The notes under the pieces are model-generated. The model worked only from the letters and a program-made list of their open reading frames with translations, was not told the origin of the DNA and did no database searches. A program made the translations under genes and the position numbers. Below, piece after piece: positions 35,861 to 45,353 of a stretch of DNA of 55,084 nucleotides. The stretch comes from Ferruginibacter sp. (GTDB taxonomy: Bacteria > Bacteroidota > Bacteroidia > Chitinophagales > Chitinophagaceae): NCBI GenBank assembly GCA_043755395.1, contig JAYUTC010000297.1:1-55084 (forward strand), read 5' to 3'. The stretch's first letter is position 1. Each line of letters opens with the position of its first letter.

Positions 35861-38800
35861 ATGAAAAAATTATTAGCTTTTGCTGCTGTAGTATTTTTTA
35901 TATCAAATAATACATTCGCACAAAAAATTTCCCTTGATCAGTTTAAAAATTTAAAAGCCCGCAGTATTGGCCCGGCGGGTATGAGTGGCCGGGTAACTTC
36001 TATTGATGCCCTTTATACCAACCCCGATATTATTTATTTAGGCACCGCATCCGGCGGAGTTTGGAAAACTGAAAATGCCGGTACTACATGGCAGCCCATT
36101 TTTGATGATCAACCCATATTAAATATTGGTGCCGTTGTTGTACAACAAAGTAACCCATCAGTTTTATGGGTAGGTACCGGCGAAGGTAATCCGCGTAACT
36201 CTATTAATCTTGGCGGAGGTATTTACAAAAGCTTAGATGGTGGAAAAAACTGGAAGATGATGGGGTTGGAAAAAACAAAAAATATTCACCGTATTATTAT
36301 TGACCCCGTTAATCCCAATACAATTTATGTTGCTGCTATTGGCAATCCTTATGCCGAGCATCCCGAACGTGGCGTTTACAAAACAATTGATGGCGGCGAT
36401 ACCTGGAGTTTAATTTTACACACTAATGATTCAAGTGGTTGTGCCGATTTAATTATTGACCCCAGCAATCCTAATAAATTAATTGCAGCCATGTGGCAGC
36501 ACCGCCGCACCCCTTTCAGCTTTATGAGTGGCGGTAGTGGAAGTGGTTTATATATTACTTATGATGGAGGAAAAAACTGGAAAAAAGAAGGGAAAGAAGA
36601 AGGTTTACCCGAAGGGAACTTTGGCCGTATAGGACTTACCATTAGTAACAACGAACCCAAACGTATATACGCAATGGTAGAAGCTGCTAAAAACGGTTTG
36701 TACCGTACCGATGATGGCGGCTTAAAATGGGAGCTTGTTAACAGCAACAAAAGCGATGTTACCAACAGGGCGTTTTATTTTCAGGATATAAAAGTAGATC
36801 CACAAAATGAAAACAGGTTATACAATATTACTCAAATCATAAGTATGAGTGAAGATGGTGGCAAATCCTTTAAAACCATTATTCCTTACAGTGGTATTCA
36901 TCCTGATCATCATGCTTTTTGGATTAACCCTAACGACCCTGGTTTTATTATTGATGGTAATGATGGCGGTATTGGCATCAGCAGAGACAGGGGCCGTACC
37001 TGGAAGTTTGATGAACAATTACCAGTAGGCCAGTTTTATCATGTGAATACAGATAATAAAATACCCTATAATATTATGGGTGGCATGCAGGATAATGGCA
37101 GCTGGAGCGGCCCCGCATATAGCTGGACAAGCGGAGGCATTAGAAATTATTATTGGAACAGTTTGTCGGGGGGCGATGGCTTTGATGTATCACCCGATCC
37201 GGAAAATAACGATTGGATTTACTCTATGAGCCAGGAAGGGGAATTACAAAAAGGTAATGTAGTTACCGGTGAAGAAATGAGTATAAGACCCCCCGTACCA
37301 GACGTAAAAACTTATTTAAGGTTTAATTGGAATGCTGCTTTTGCGCAAGATCCGCTTGACGCAAAAACCATTTACTATGGCAGCCAGTTTATACATAAAA
37401 GCAATAATAAAGGATTAAACTGGCAAATTATTTCTCCCGACTTAACCACAGATAATAAAGTACAGCAAAACCAGGAAAATAATGGTGGCCTTTCTATTGA
37501 TATTACCGGAGCAGAAAATTATAACACCATTCTTTGTATTGCACCTTCAGCTAAAGACAATAATGTAATTTGGGCAGGTACCGATGATGGCAATGTACAA
37601 CTTACCAAAGACGGCGGTAAAACATGGACCAACTTCAGAGGAAAAATAGCGGGTATGCCTTTAGGTGCCTGGATACCCCAAATTACAGCAAGCCGCTATA
37701 ATGCTGCAGAAGCTTTTGTAGTTTGCAATGATTACCGCAGGGGAGATTTTAAACCCTATATTTTTCGCACAAAAAACTTTGGCCAAACCTGGGAAAGGTT
37801 AATTGATGAAAATAAAGTAAAGGGTTATGCTTTATGCATGATACAGGATCCGGCAGAACCTAATTTAATTTTTGCCGGAACAGAGCAGGGCCTATGGGTA
37901 AGCTTTGATAATGGCGTTACTTTTCAGCAATGGAAAAACAGTTACCCATCCGTATCTACATACGATTTAGCTATACAGGAAAGAGAAGCTGATTTATGTA
38001 TTGCAACATTTGGCAGGGCAATGTATGTGATAGATGATATCCGGCCTTTGCGTAAAGTTGCAGCCAACAGTGGCAGCATTTTTAAAAATAAACTTGTTGT
38101 ATTTGATCCTCCTGCAGCCTACCAGGCTAAATACAAACCCGCTACCGGTTACGAGTGGAGTACCTGGGGCCTTTACGAAGGTCAAAACAGAAATCGTGGT
38201 GCACAATATTCTTTTTTTATTAAACCAAAAGACAAGTCTGATACAACTGACAAAACAAAGCAGGACTCTGCTACAATAAAAATTTATACCCAAGGCAATG
38301 ATTTGATAAGAACAATGAAGATAAAAATTGATACCGGCCTCAATAGAAATTACTGGGGTTTTGAAACCAAAGGTGTACGCCAGCCCGGTAGTGCAAAACC
38401 AAAACCCAATGCACCCGAACCGGTAAATTTTGGCCTGCTGACTCCGCCGGGTAATTACAAATTAGTGGTTACTATGGGTAAAGAGGCCGATTCAACTACG
38501 CTAATTGTAAATGAAAATCCATTAACACCATTTAATAATGAGGTATACAATAGCAAAAAACTGTTGTTGCAGCGCCTGGAAAAAAGCAGTGCCCGGCTTA
38601 CTAATATTACCGATCAATTAACAGAAGGAGAAGAAACTATTGCAAAAGTAGAAGCCCAGCTAAAAAATGTAGAAGGAAAAGAAGCAGACAGTTTGCGCAA
38701 AGTAGGTAAGGCTATGACAGACTCTATAAAAAATATCCGCAATTTTATTTTTGGTAAACCGCAGGAAAAGCAAGGTTATGGTGCAGTGTATCAATTAACT

Positions 38801-39016
38801 GTTAGTGATAAATTACAGGCTGCATCAGGCGAAGTTTTAGGTAAAAGTAAAATACCGGATACCCAGGAAATTAACCAGATAGAAATTGCCGAAATTTTAG
38901 TTACTCAGGCTGTTGATAAAGCCAATACCTTTTTTACTACTAAGTGGGAGGCTTATAAAAAATTGGCAGAAAATACACCTTTAAAAGCGTTTAAGGAATA
39001 TAAAACCATAGACTAA
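35861..39016 (+). CDS. Exported BNR/Asp-box (VPS10/sortilin-like) beta-propeller protein
   Basis: Signal peptide, RSIGPAGMSGR, many (S/T)xDGGxxW Asp-boxes, GGMQDNGSW and a helical C-terminus. Confidence 0.85.
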   Translation: MKKLLAFAAVVFFISNNTFAQKISLDQFKNLKARSIGPAGMSGRVTSIDALYTNPDIIYLGTASGGVWKTENAGTTWQPIFDDQPILNIGAVVVQQSNPSVLWVGTGEGNPRNSINLGGGIYKSLDGGKNWKMMGLEKTKNIHRIIIDPVNPNTIYVAAIGNPYAEHPERGVYKTIDGGDTWSLILHTNDSSGCADLIIDPSNPNKLIAAMWQHRRTPFSFMSGGSGSGLYITYDGGKNWKKEGKEEGLPEGNFGRIGLTISNNEPKRIYAMVEAAKNGLYRTDDGGLKWELVNSNKSDVTNRAFYFQDIKVDPQNENRLYNITQIISMSEDGGKSFKTIIPYSGIHPDHHAFWINPNDPGFIIDGNDGGIGISRDRGRTWKFDEQLPVGQFYHVNTDNKIPYNIMGGMQDNGSWSGPAYSWTSGGIRNYYWNSLSGGDGFDVSPDPENNDWIYSMSQEGELQKGNVVTGEEMSIRPPVPDVKTYLRFNWNAAFAQDPLDAKTIYYGSQFIHKSNNKGLNWQIISPDLTTDNKVQQNQENNGGLSIDITGAENYNTILCIAPSAKDNNVIWAGTDDGNVQLTKDGGKTWTNFRGKIAGMPLGAWIPQITASRYNAAEAFVVCNDYRRGDFKPYIFRTKNFGQTWERLIDENKVKGYALCMIQDPAEPNLIFAGTEQGLWVSFDNGVTFQQWKNSYPSVSTYDLAIQEREADLCIATFGRAMYVIDDIRPLRKVAANSGSIFKNKLVVFDPPAAYQAKYKPATGYEWSTWGLYEGQNRNRGAQYSFFIKPKDKSDTTDKTKQDSATIKIYTQGNDLIRTMKIKIDTGLNRNYWGFETKGVRQPGSAKPKPNAPEPVNFGLLTPPGNYKLVVTMGKEADSTTLIVNENPLTPFNNEVYNSKKLLLQRLEKSSARLTNITDQLTEGEETIAKVEAQLKNVEGKEADSLRKVGKAMTDSIKNIRNFIFGKPQEKQGYGAVYQLTVSDKLQAASGEVLGKSKIPDTQEINQIEIAEILVTQAVDKANTFFTTKWEAYKKLAENTPLKAFKEYKTID

Positions 39017-39030
39017 ATAAAATCTTATTT

Positions 39031-39068
39031 AATAAATGCAGTGCACTATGCCACTGCATTTATTTTTT
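39031..39068 (+). terminator. Intrinsic terminator
   Basis: AATAAATGCAGTG-N8-CACTGCATTTATT followed by a T run. Confidence 0.82.
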
Positions 39069-39070
39069 AT

Positions 39071-39078
39071 TATATTTG
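39071..39078 (+). promoter_or_regulatory. -7 promoter element for the FG-GAP gene
   Basis: TATATTTG immediately after the upstream terminator. Confidence 0.5.
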
Positions 39079-39147
39079 CTATAGTTCCTTTATCCTGTAA
39101 AATCATTTCAGCTATCCGGCTTTTTCTATTTAAATAAAACTTACGGG

Positions 39148-42100
39148 ATGTATAAGATTTTTACTTTGGTTGTTGCTATAGCATTTATACCACTTCCACA
39201 ATATTTTACCTCGCCTGTTATTACTAATTTACCTCATAAAAACGCTTTTAATTCAACAAAATTACCTTCATTTAAAAATAGTAATACAGTAAGCCCTTTT
39301 GAAACTAAAAAAAATAATACTGTTGATACCGCTGCATTAAAACAAAGCAATTGGTATGCTGAGGTAATAAAAAATATTGAAGCCAGTGAATATGAAATAA
39401 AGAAAGATGAACAATCAGGGCTGTTTTGCGCCCCCAACCGTAAACAAAACTTAAAGGCATTCTATTCCAGCGATCAATTTACCTTAACACCCCGTAACGA
39501 CAGTGCCGATAAATGGAAATTAACACTTTTGCTAAAAGGTGTTTATGAAGGTAAAAATAAATTATATACTCCTGTAGTCAATCCGGTGGTAACACAAAAT
39601 GGTAAAAGCATCCAGTTTAATAATAACAACCAATTTATTACAGAGTATATAAATAATAAAGAAGGGGTAAGGCAGAATTTTATCATCAACCGGCAACCGG
39701 CAGGCAATCCCGAAAAATTATCTGTACAACTGGAAGCGAACAAAGGATGGTTAGTTAACAGGGCAAATGCTAAAGAAATACATTTTGCAAAGGCATCTGG
39801 TAAAGGCTACAATAAAAAATTAACCTATAATGATTTAAAAGTTTGGGATGCAAATAATACTGAACTGGAAGCATCTTTTGCAGTAAATAAAAATAAAATA
39901 AGCATTGATGTAGTTACTAAAAACGCTGTGTATCCTATTACAATTGACCCTATCAGTACTACACCGGCAACAATACTTTACGGGATTGCTACAAATGATC
40001 AATTTGGTTTTAGTGTTGCCAGTGCAGGTGATGTAAATGGGGATGGGTACAGTGATGTGGTAGTTGGTGCGTTTAGGGTTGCCGGTCAAAAAGGAGCAGC
40101 CTATATCTTCCTCGGAAGCAATACTGGCTTGTCTTCTTCCCCTGTTACTACTTTAAATGGTATAAGTGGAAATGATCAGTTTGGTGTTAGCGTTGCAGGT
40201 GCTGGGGATGTAAATGGCGACGGATATAGCGATGTAATTATTGGAGCAAATGGCAGATCATCAAATATAGGTGCTGCTTATATCTTCCTCGGAAGCAGTG
40301 CTGTTTTTTCTTCTTCACCCATACAAACATTGAGTGGCGTTAGCGCAGGTGATAATTTTGGTATAAGCGTTGCCAGTGCCGGGGATGTAAATGGCGACGG
40401 GTATAGCGATGTAATTATTGGAGCAAATGGCAGATCATCAAATATTGGTGCTGCTTATATCTTTCGGGGAAGCAGTGGTATTTTTTCCTCAACTCCGGCG
40501 GCTACCTTGAATGGGATTAGTGTTAATGATGTTTTTGGTTCAAGCGTTGCCGGTACCGGGGATGTAAATGGGGACAGTTACAGCGATGTGATCGTTGGTG
40601 CATCTGGTGTTTCTTCTAATAGAGGTGCTGCTTATATCTTTCTTGGTAGCAACGGAGTTTTTTCTACCTCCCCTGCAAAAACATTTAATGGCGTTAGCGC
40701 AGGTGATTATTTTGGTACAAGCGTCGCCTGTGCCGGGGATGTGAATGGAGACGGATACAGTGATGTGATCGTTGGTGCATATGGTGTATCTACTTTTAGA
40801 GGTGCTGCTTATATTTTCCTCGGAAGCGGTGGCGTTATTTCTTCATCTCCTGCAGCTATACTGAATGGTATTACTGGATTTGATGCATTTGGTAATAGCG
40901 TTGCCTGTGCCGGGGATGTGAATGGAGACGGATACAGTGATGTGATCGTTGGTGCATTTGGTGTTTCTTCTAATAGAGGTGCTGCTTATATCTTTCTTGG
41001 TAGCAACGGAGTTTTTTCTTCTACACCTGTAACTACATTGAATGGAATTAGTGTAAATGATGAGTTTGGCCGAAGTGTTGCAAGTGTGGGTGACGTTAAT
41101 GGTGACGGATTTAGTGATATAATTGTAGGTGCTGAAGGTGTTTCATCCTATACCGGAGCTGCATATATATACCACGGCAGCCCCAATGGATTAAAAACAA
41201 CAAACAACTGGCAGGTATTAGAAGCGCAGGGCGGAGCCAATTATGGTTTAAGTGTCACCAGTGCCGGCGATGTAAACAGTGATGGATTTTCTGATGTAAT
41301 TGTTGGCGCTTATATTTATGATCAGGGTTTTGGAGACAATGGAAAAGCCTGGTTATACATGGGATCAGCAGTAGGGTTATCCACTACAGCTGCATGGACG
41401 GCTGTTGGTTCAATGGCCAATGAATATTTTGGTCGTTGTGTGGCAGCTGCAGGAGATGTAAATGGCGATGGATATGGTGATGTAATTGTGGGTGCCTATG
41501 GATATACAAATGGACAGTCACAGGAAGGCAGGGCTTATCTTTATTACGGATCATCCGGTGGGCTTGCCGGTACTGCTGCCTGGACTTATGAAAATAATTT
41601 TGCGGGCTCTATTTTAGGAGCATATCTTTCTGCTGCAGGAGATGTAAACAAAGATGGTTATAGTGATATAATTATCGGGGCTCCTCAATATGATGTTGAT
41701 GGAATAATAGAAATTGACGAAGGAAAAGTTTATCTTTTTTATGGCTCAGCCACAATACCTGCAGCAATGCCTGATTGGTCTGCTGAAGGTAATCAAACAG
41801 GGGCCTTTTTTGGTATTTCAGTTGCAAGCCTTGGCGATGTAAATGGAGATGGATATAGTGATGTAATTATCGGGGCACATACTTATGATAACCCGGAAAT
41901 AGATGAAGGAAAGGTATTTGCTTTTTATGGTTCTGCTACCGGGCTGCCTGCAGTTGCAAACTGGACAGCCGAAAGTAATCAGCCAAATGCACAGTTCGGG
42001 ATCAGTGTTGCCTCAGCCGGTGATGTAAATGGTGATGGATATAGTGATGCCATAGTAGGAGCAACATATTACGATGACCCAACAACCGACGAAGGTGCTG

Positions 42101-43434
42101 CCTTTGTCTATTATGGTTCTCCAACTGGGCTTTCCCCTACAATTAGTTGGACTGCAGAAAGTAATATAGCAAGTTCCTACTTTGGTTATAGTGTAAGTTC
42201 AGCAGGTGATGTAAATGGAGATGGTTATAGTGATGTGGTTGTAGGTGCAAGGGAAATTTCAAATGGCCAGTCAAGAGAAGGGGCCATGTATGCTTATTAT
42301 GGATCGTCAACCGGTTTATCGTTAACCACAAATTGGTATGTTGAAAGTAATGTTGCCACTTCTTTATTAGGAAACAGTGTAGCATCAGCAGGTGATGTAA
42401 ATGGAGATGGCTATAGTGATGTGATTGGTGGTGCTCCTTATTATGGAGGTTTAAATGGTGCTGCCTTCGTTTATTATGGCAATAACAATACCGGTTTACA
42501 CAATAATCTTAAATTATACAATACTGATCTTACTACACCCATTGGTTACTTTAATATAACCGAACCTAATTTATTTGGCGCAGGCTTGTTTGCAAAATCT
42601 CCCTTGGGCAGGGTAAAAGGTAAATTAGTTTGGGAAGTAAAAAAACAAGGCGATGCATTTAGCGGTATCCCTATCACCAATAGCACGGCTTTCCTTGGTA
42701 AAGCGTCTTATATTGATCTTGGCATTACAGGCATTGAGTTGAAAAGCAATGTGCAAAAAGTGGGCAGCAGGAATAATAAAATACGTACAAGGGTTGAATA
42801 TGATAAAGTAACTGCCATAACTGGCCAGGTCTATGGCCCATGGCGCTACCCCGCTGCCTATTTACAGGGAGCACATGGTATGAACTCCATTCCATTACCG
42901 GTAAAATTAAATTCCTTTGATGGTACTTTGGTTTTAGAGAAAGTAACCCTGCAATGGTCCTCATCTGATGATGAGAATGTGGCAACATACCAAATAGAAC
43001 GCAGCAGTGATAACTGGAATTTTACAGTGATCGGAAATGTAAATTCCATTCATTTAAACAGTAATAGCTATGACTTTACTGATCCCCATCCATTGAAGGG
43101 CAGGTCCTGGTACCGGCTTAAGATCACCGATGAATTTAAGCGCATTAATTATTCAAATAGCATTTTAATAAAAAATACTAATGAAGCAGTTTGGGTTTAT
43201 CCAACGGTACTCAACAGGAGAGAAAAAATAAACCTGCAGTTCAAGAACAGCTTCACTGGCATTGTGGAAATTCAGTTGATGAATATGAGTGGAGCAGCGG
43301 TATTTAAAAAAGCAATGACTGCAAATGGAACTGTGTTGCCTGTTGAATTGCCATCCCTGTCTTCGGGTGTCTATATTTTATCTGCCATGCAAGGCGGGGA
43401 AAAGATCATTACCCAAAAAATTATTATCCGGTAA
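39148..43434 (+). CDS. FG-GAP (integrin-alpha-like) repeat protein with T9SS type A C-terminal sorting domain
   Basis: 14 GD(V)NxDx(Y/F)xD repeats, an N-terminal domain ending YPITIDP, an LPVKL Ig-like module and the CTD VYPT...LSSGVYIL...KIII. Confidence 0.9.
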   Translation: MYKIFTLVVAIAFIPLPQYFTSPVITNLPHKNAFNSTKLPSFKNSNTVSPFETKKNNTVDTAALKQSNWYAEVIKNIEASEYEIKKDEQSGLFCAPNRKQNLKAFYSSDQFTLTPRNDSADKWKLTLLLKGVYEGKNKLYTPVVNPVVTQNGKSIQFNNNNQFITEYINNKEGVRQNFIINRQPAGNPEKLSVQLEANKGWLVNRANAKEIHFAKASGKGYNKKLTYNDLKVWDANNTELEASFAVNKNKISIDVVTKNAVYPITIDPISTTPATILYGIATNDQFGFSVASAGDVNGDGYSDVVVGAFRVAGQKGAAYIFLGSNTGLSSSPVTTLNGISGNDQFGVSVAGAGDVNGDGYSDVIIGANGRSSNIGAAYIFLGSSAVFSSSPIQTLSGVSAGDNFGISVASAGDVNGDGYSDVIIGANGRSSNIGAAYIFRGSSGIFSSTPAATLNGISVNDVFGSSVAGTGDVNGDSYSDVIVGASGVSSNRGAAYIFLGSNGVFSTSPAKTFNGVSAGDYFGTSVACAGDVNGDGYSDVIVGAYGVSTFRGAAYIFLGSGGVISSSPAAILNGITGFDAFGNSVACAGDVNGDGYSDVIVGAFGVSSNRGAAYIFLGSNGVFSSTPVTTLNGISVNDEFGRSVASVGDVNGDGFSDIIVGAEGVSSYTGAAYIYHGSPNGLKTTNNWQVLEAQGGANYGLSVTSAGDVNSDGFSDVIVGAYIYDQGFGDNGKAWLYMGSAVGLSTTAAWTAVGSMANEYFGRCVAAAGDVNGDGYGDVIVGAYGYTNGQSQEGRAYLYYGSSGGLAGTAAWTYENNFAGSILGAYLSAAGDVNKDGYSDIIIGAPQYDVDGIIEIDEGKVYLFYGSATIPAAMPDWSAEGNQTGAFFGISVASLGDVNGDGYSDVIIGAHTYDNPEIDEGKVFAFYGSATGLPAVANWTAESNQPNAQFGISVASAGDVNGDGYSDAIVGATYYDDPTTDEGAAFVYYGSPTGLSPTISWTAESNIASSYFGYSVSSAGDVNGDGYSDVVVGAREISNGQSREGAMYAYYGSSTGLSLTTNWYVESNVATSLLGNSVASAGDVNGDGYSDVIGGAPYYGGLNGAAFVYYGNNNTGLHNNLKLYNTDLTTPIGYFNITEPNLFGAGLFAKSPLGRVKGKLVWEVKKQGDAFSGIPITNSTAFLGKASYIDLGITGIELKSNVQKVGSRNNKIRTRVEYDKVTAITGQVYGPWRYPAAYLQGAHGMNSIPLPVKLNSFDGTLVLEKVTLQWSSSDDENVATYQIERSSDNWNFTVIGNVNSIHLNSNSYDFTDPHPLKGRSWYRLKITDEFKRINYSNSILIKNTNEAVWVYPTVLNRREKINLQFKNSFTGIVEIQLMNMSGAAVFKKAMTANGTVLPVELPSLSSGVYILSAMQGGEKIITQKIIIR
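39997..42480 (+). repeat. Intragenic tandem repeats: 177-bp units followed by units of about 186 bp
   Basis: The Asp codon of each GDVN falls at 40030, 40207, 40384, 40561, 40738, 40915, 41092 and 41269 (177-bp steps), then 41455, 41641, 41836, 42022, 42208 and 42394. Confidence 0.9.
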
Positions 43435-43528
43435 AGAGTAAATGTGCTGTCATCTGAATATTCTGTCATTCCTGGGCATGAGGAATATGTTAGGTTGTGA
43501 AAAACTAAAAAGTAATAACTTAAAGTAT

Positions 43529-43565
43529 AAAAAAAGAGAATCGCTTTATCCCGATTCTCTTTTTT
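43529..43565 (+). terminator. Intrinsic terminator after the FG-GAP gene
   Basis: AAAAAAGAGAATCG-N8-CGATTCTCTTTTTT. Confidence 0.82.
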
Positions 43566-43594
43566 GTTTTACCCATCTTTAAAATTTACTTTTG
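43563..43594 (+). promoter_or_regulatory. Canonical Bacteroidota -33/-7 promoter of the aminotransferase
   Basis: TTTG (43563-43566), N20, TACTTTTG (43587-43594). Confidence 0.65.
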
Positions 43595-43614
43595 CCCTTT
43601 AATTATTACCGGAT

Positions 43615-44880
43615 ATGAACGTAAATAAATTAAGCCGCCTGGCAGAAACTTTAATTGGGTCGGAAATTGTAAGCCTTGGAGCAGAAATAAAAGAAAAAAT
43701 AAAACAGGGTAATAAAATTTATAATTACACCATCGGAGATTTTGATTCTTCTGTTTTTCCAATTCCCCGGGAACTGGAAAATGAAATTATTGATGCCTAT
43801 AAAAATCACCATACTACTTATCCCCCTGCAGATGGCATTCCGGAATTACGGAAAGCTGTAGGCGCATTTATTAAAGAAAGAGAAGCGCTGGACTATACCC
43901 CTGAAGAAATTTTAATTGCAGCTGGTGGCAGGCCACTTATTTATGCTGCCTTCAGAGCTATTGTTGATAAAGAGGATAAAGTAATTTACCCGGTACCCAG
44001 CTGGAACAATAACCACTATGTACATTTTACCGAAGGAGTGCACGTACTGATTGAAAGCAAACTGGAAAATAATTTTATGCCTACCGCAGCAGAAATAAAG
44101 CCTCACTTAAAAGGTGCTTCACTTTTGGCATTATGCTCTCCGCTTAACCCAACAGGTACAACATTTACCAAAAAGGAACTTTCTGCAATTTGTGAATTAG
44201 TAATTGAAGAAAATGAATCCCGCAATGCCGGTGAAAAAAAATTGTATTTATTATATGATCAGATATACTGGACACTGACTTTTGGCAGTACCCAACATTA
44301 TAACCCGGTTTCCTTGTTTCCAAAAATGAAAGCATACACCATTTTTATTGATGGTATAAGTAAAGCCTTTGCAGCTACAGGTGTAAGGGTTGGCTGGAGT
44401 ATGGGGCCGGCTGATTTAATTTGTAAAATGAAAGCCATTAACAGCCACGTTGGCGCATGGGCGCCAATGGCCGAACAAAAAGCTGTTGCAAATTATTTAG
44501 GGCAAACTAAAAATATTGACAACTATTTTATAATTTTTAAAAGGGCAATTGAAGAGCGCCTGCACAGGATTTATAATGGTATTATACAACTAAAGAAAGA
44601 GGGCTTTAATATAGATGCTGTTACTCCGCAGGCAGCTATATACCTTACTGTACAAATAAATTTAGTGGGCAAAAAAACTGCCGGAGGAAAAATATTAGAA
44701 ACTCAAAGTGAGGTAACAGGGTATATTTTAAGCGAGGCAAAAATTGCAATTGTTCCTTTTTATGCTTTTGGTGCAAAGAAAAGTAGTAATTGGTATCGCT
44801 TAAGTGTGGGCACTTGTAAAATAGAAGAGATTGATGAAATGCTGGAAAAACTAAAAAACGCTTTGGATCGATTAACCTAA
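43615..44880 (+). CDS. PLP-dependent class I/II aminotransferase (aspartate aminotransferase-like)
   Basis: SPLNPTG, YDQIY, DGISKAFAATGVRVGW (PLP lysine) and WYRLS. Confidence 0.9.
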   Translation: MNVNKLSRLAETLIGSEIVSLGAEIKEKIKQGNKIYNYTIGDFDSSVFPIPRELENEIIDAYKNHHTTYPPADGIPELRKAVGAFIKEREALDYTPEEILIAAGGRPLIYAAFRAIVDKEDKVIYPVPSWNNNHYVHFTEGVHVLIESKLENNFMPTAAEIKPHLKGASLLALCSPLNPTGTTFTKKELSAICELVIEENESRNAGEKKLYLLYDQIYWTLTFGSTQHYNPVSLFPKMKAYTIFIDGISKAFAATGVRVGWSMGPADLICKMKAINSHVGAWAPMAEQKAVANYLGQTKNIDNYFIIFKRAIEERLHRIYNGIIQLKKEGFNIDAVTPQAAIYLTVQINLVGKKTAGGKILETQSEVTGYILSEAKIAIVPFYAFGAKKSSNWYRLSVGTCKIEEIDEMLEKLKNALDRLT

Positions 44881-44887
44881 CCCTGGT

Positions 44888-45136
44888 TTAATTTTTACAA
44901 TTTAAAAATACAAAAGGTTTTAATTCTCTTTGGCGAAAAATATTTCTAAGCAGTTTTGAGGAAGTAATAATTTTGTACCTGTTAACATCAATTACTTCAT
45001 GTGCTGTAATAATGTTTTCCATACTTTCAACCGAATACAAAATACCATGAAGCAAATCTACCTCATGCTCTATTGCTTGCGGAGTCATTAACTCCTGGTT
45101 GAACAATACCAGTAAATCCCGGTTTGCGTTGTTCAT
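44888..45136 (-). CDS. Hypothetical 82-aa protein
   Basis: Clean ORF filling the intergenic gap, with an A-rich start context (AATTAAAATG); no recognised motif. Confidence 0.65.
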   Translation of the reverse strand: MNNANRDLLVLFNQELMTPQAIEHEVDLLHGILYSVESMENIITAHEVIDVNRYKIITSSKLLRNIFRQRELKPFVFLNCKN

Positions 45137-45173
45137 TTTAATTGGGGGGTTTCTAATACTAGTACATTACACT

Positions 45174-45299
45174 TCAATAACCCATCATACCTGTTTTGCT
45201 TGGGCACCCACATTGTCCCTTCTTTGAAGAAGAGCATCCTGTAACTACCAAACTAACAATTAATGTAAATAATATTGTGATTTTAAATAGCTTTTCCAT
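45174..45299 (-). CDS. Unannotated 41-aa small lipoprotein with a CGCP motif
   Basis: Translated by hand: MEKLFKITILFTLIVSLVVTGCSSSKKGQCGCPSKTGMMGY*. It has a Lys-containing n-region, a hydrophobic h-region and a VTGC lipobox, with a near-consensus TAACTTTC 12 nt upstream. Confidence 0.75.
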   Translation of the reverse strand: MEKLFKITILFTLIVSLVVTGCSSSKKGQCGCPSKTGMMGY

Positions 45300-45353
45300 C
45301 GTCTTGATTACGAAAGTTAAACTATTTTCACATTAATTTATTGTTTAGTTAAT

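Noticed and set aside
39997-41236. 177-bp repeats as a CRISPR array or DGR template/variable repeats
   Set aside because: They are in-frame protein repeats with no unique spacers. No cas or reverse transcriptase gene is in the window, and the differences are not adenine-specific.
43463-43487. TGTCATTCCTG...AGGAAT, resembling a REP-like repeat
   Set aside because: Single, short, degenerate copy with a weak stem; not supportable from this window.
43442-43582. 46-codon ORF (MCCHLNILSF...) after the FG-GAP gene
   Set aside because: It runs through an intrinsic terminator and the next promoter and has no protein-like features.
45137-45260. GC-richer intergenic stretch as a riboswitch or ncRNA
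   Set aside because: Better explained by the 41-aa lipoprotein ORF; no riboswitch consensus recognised.
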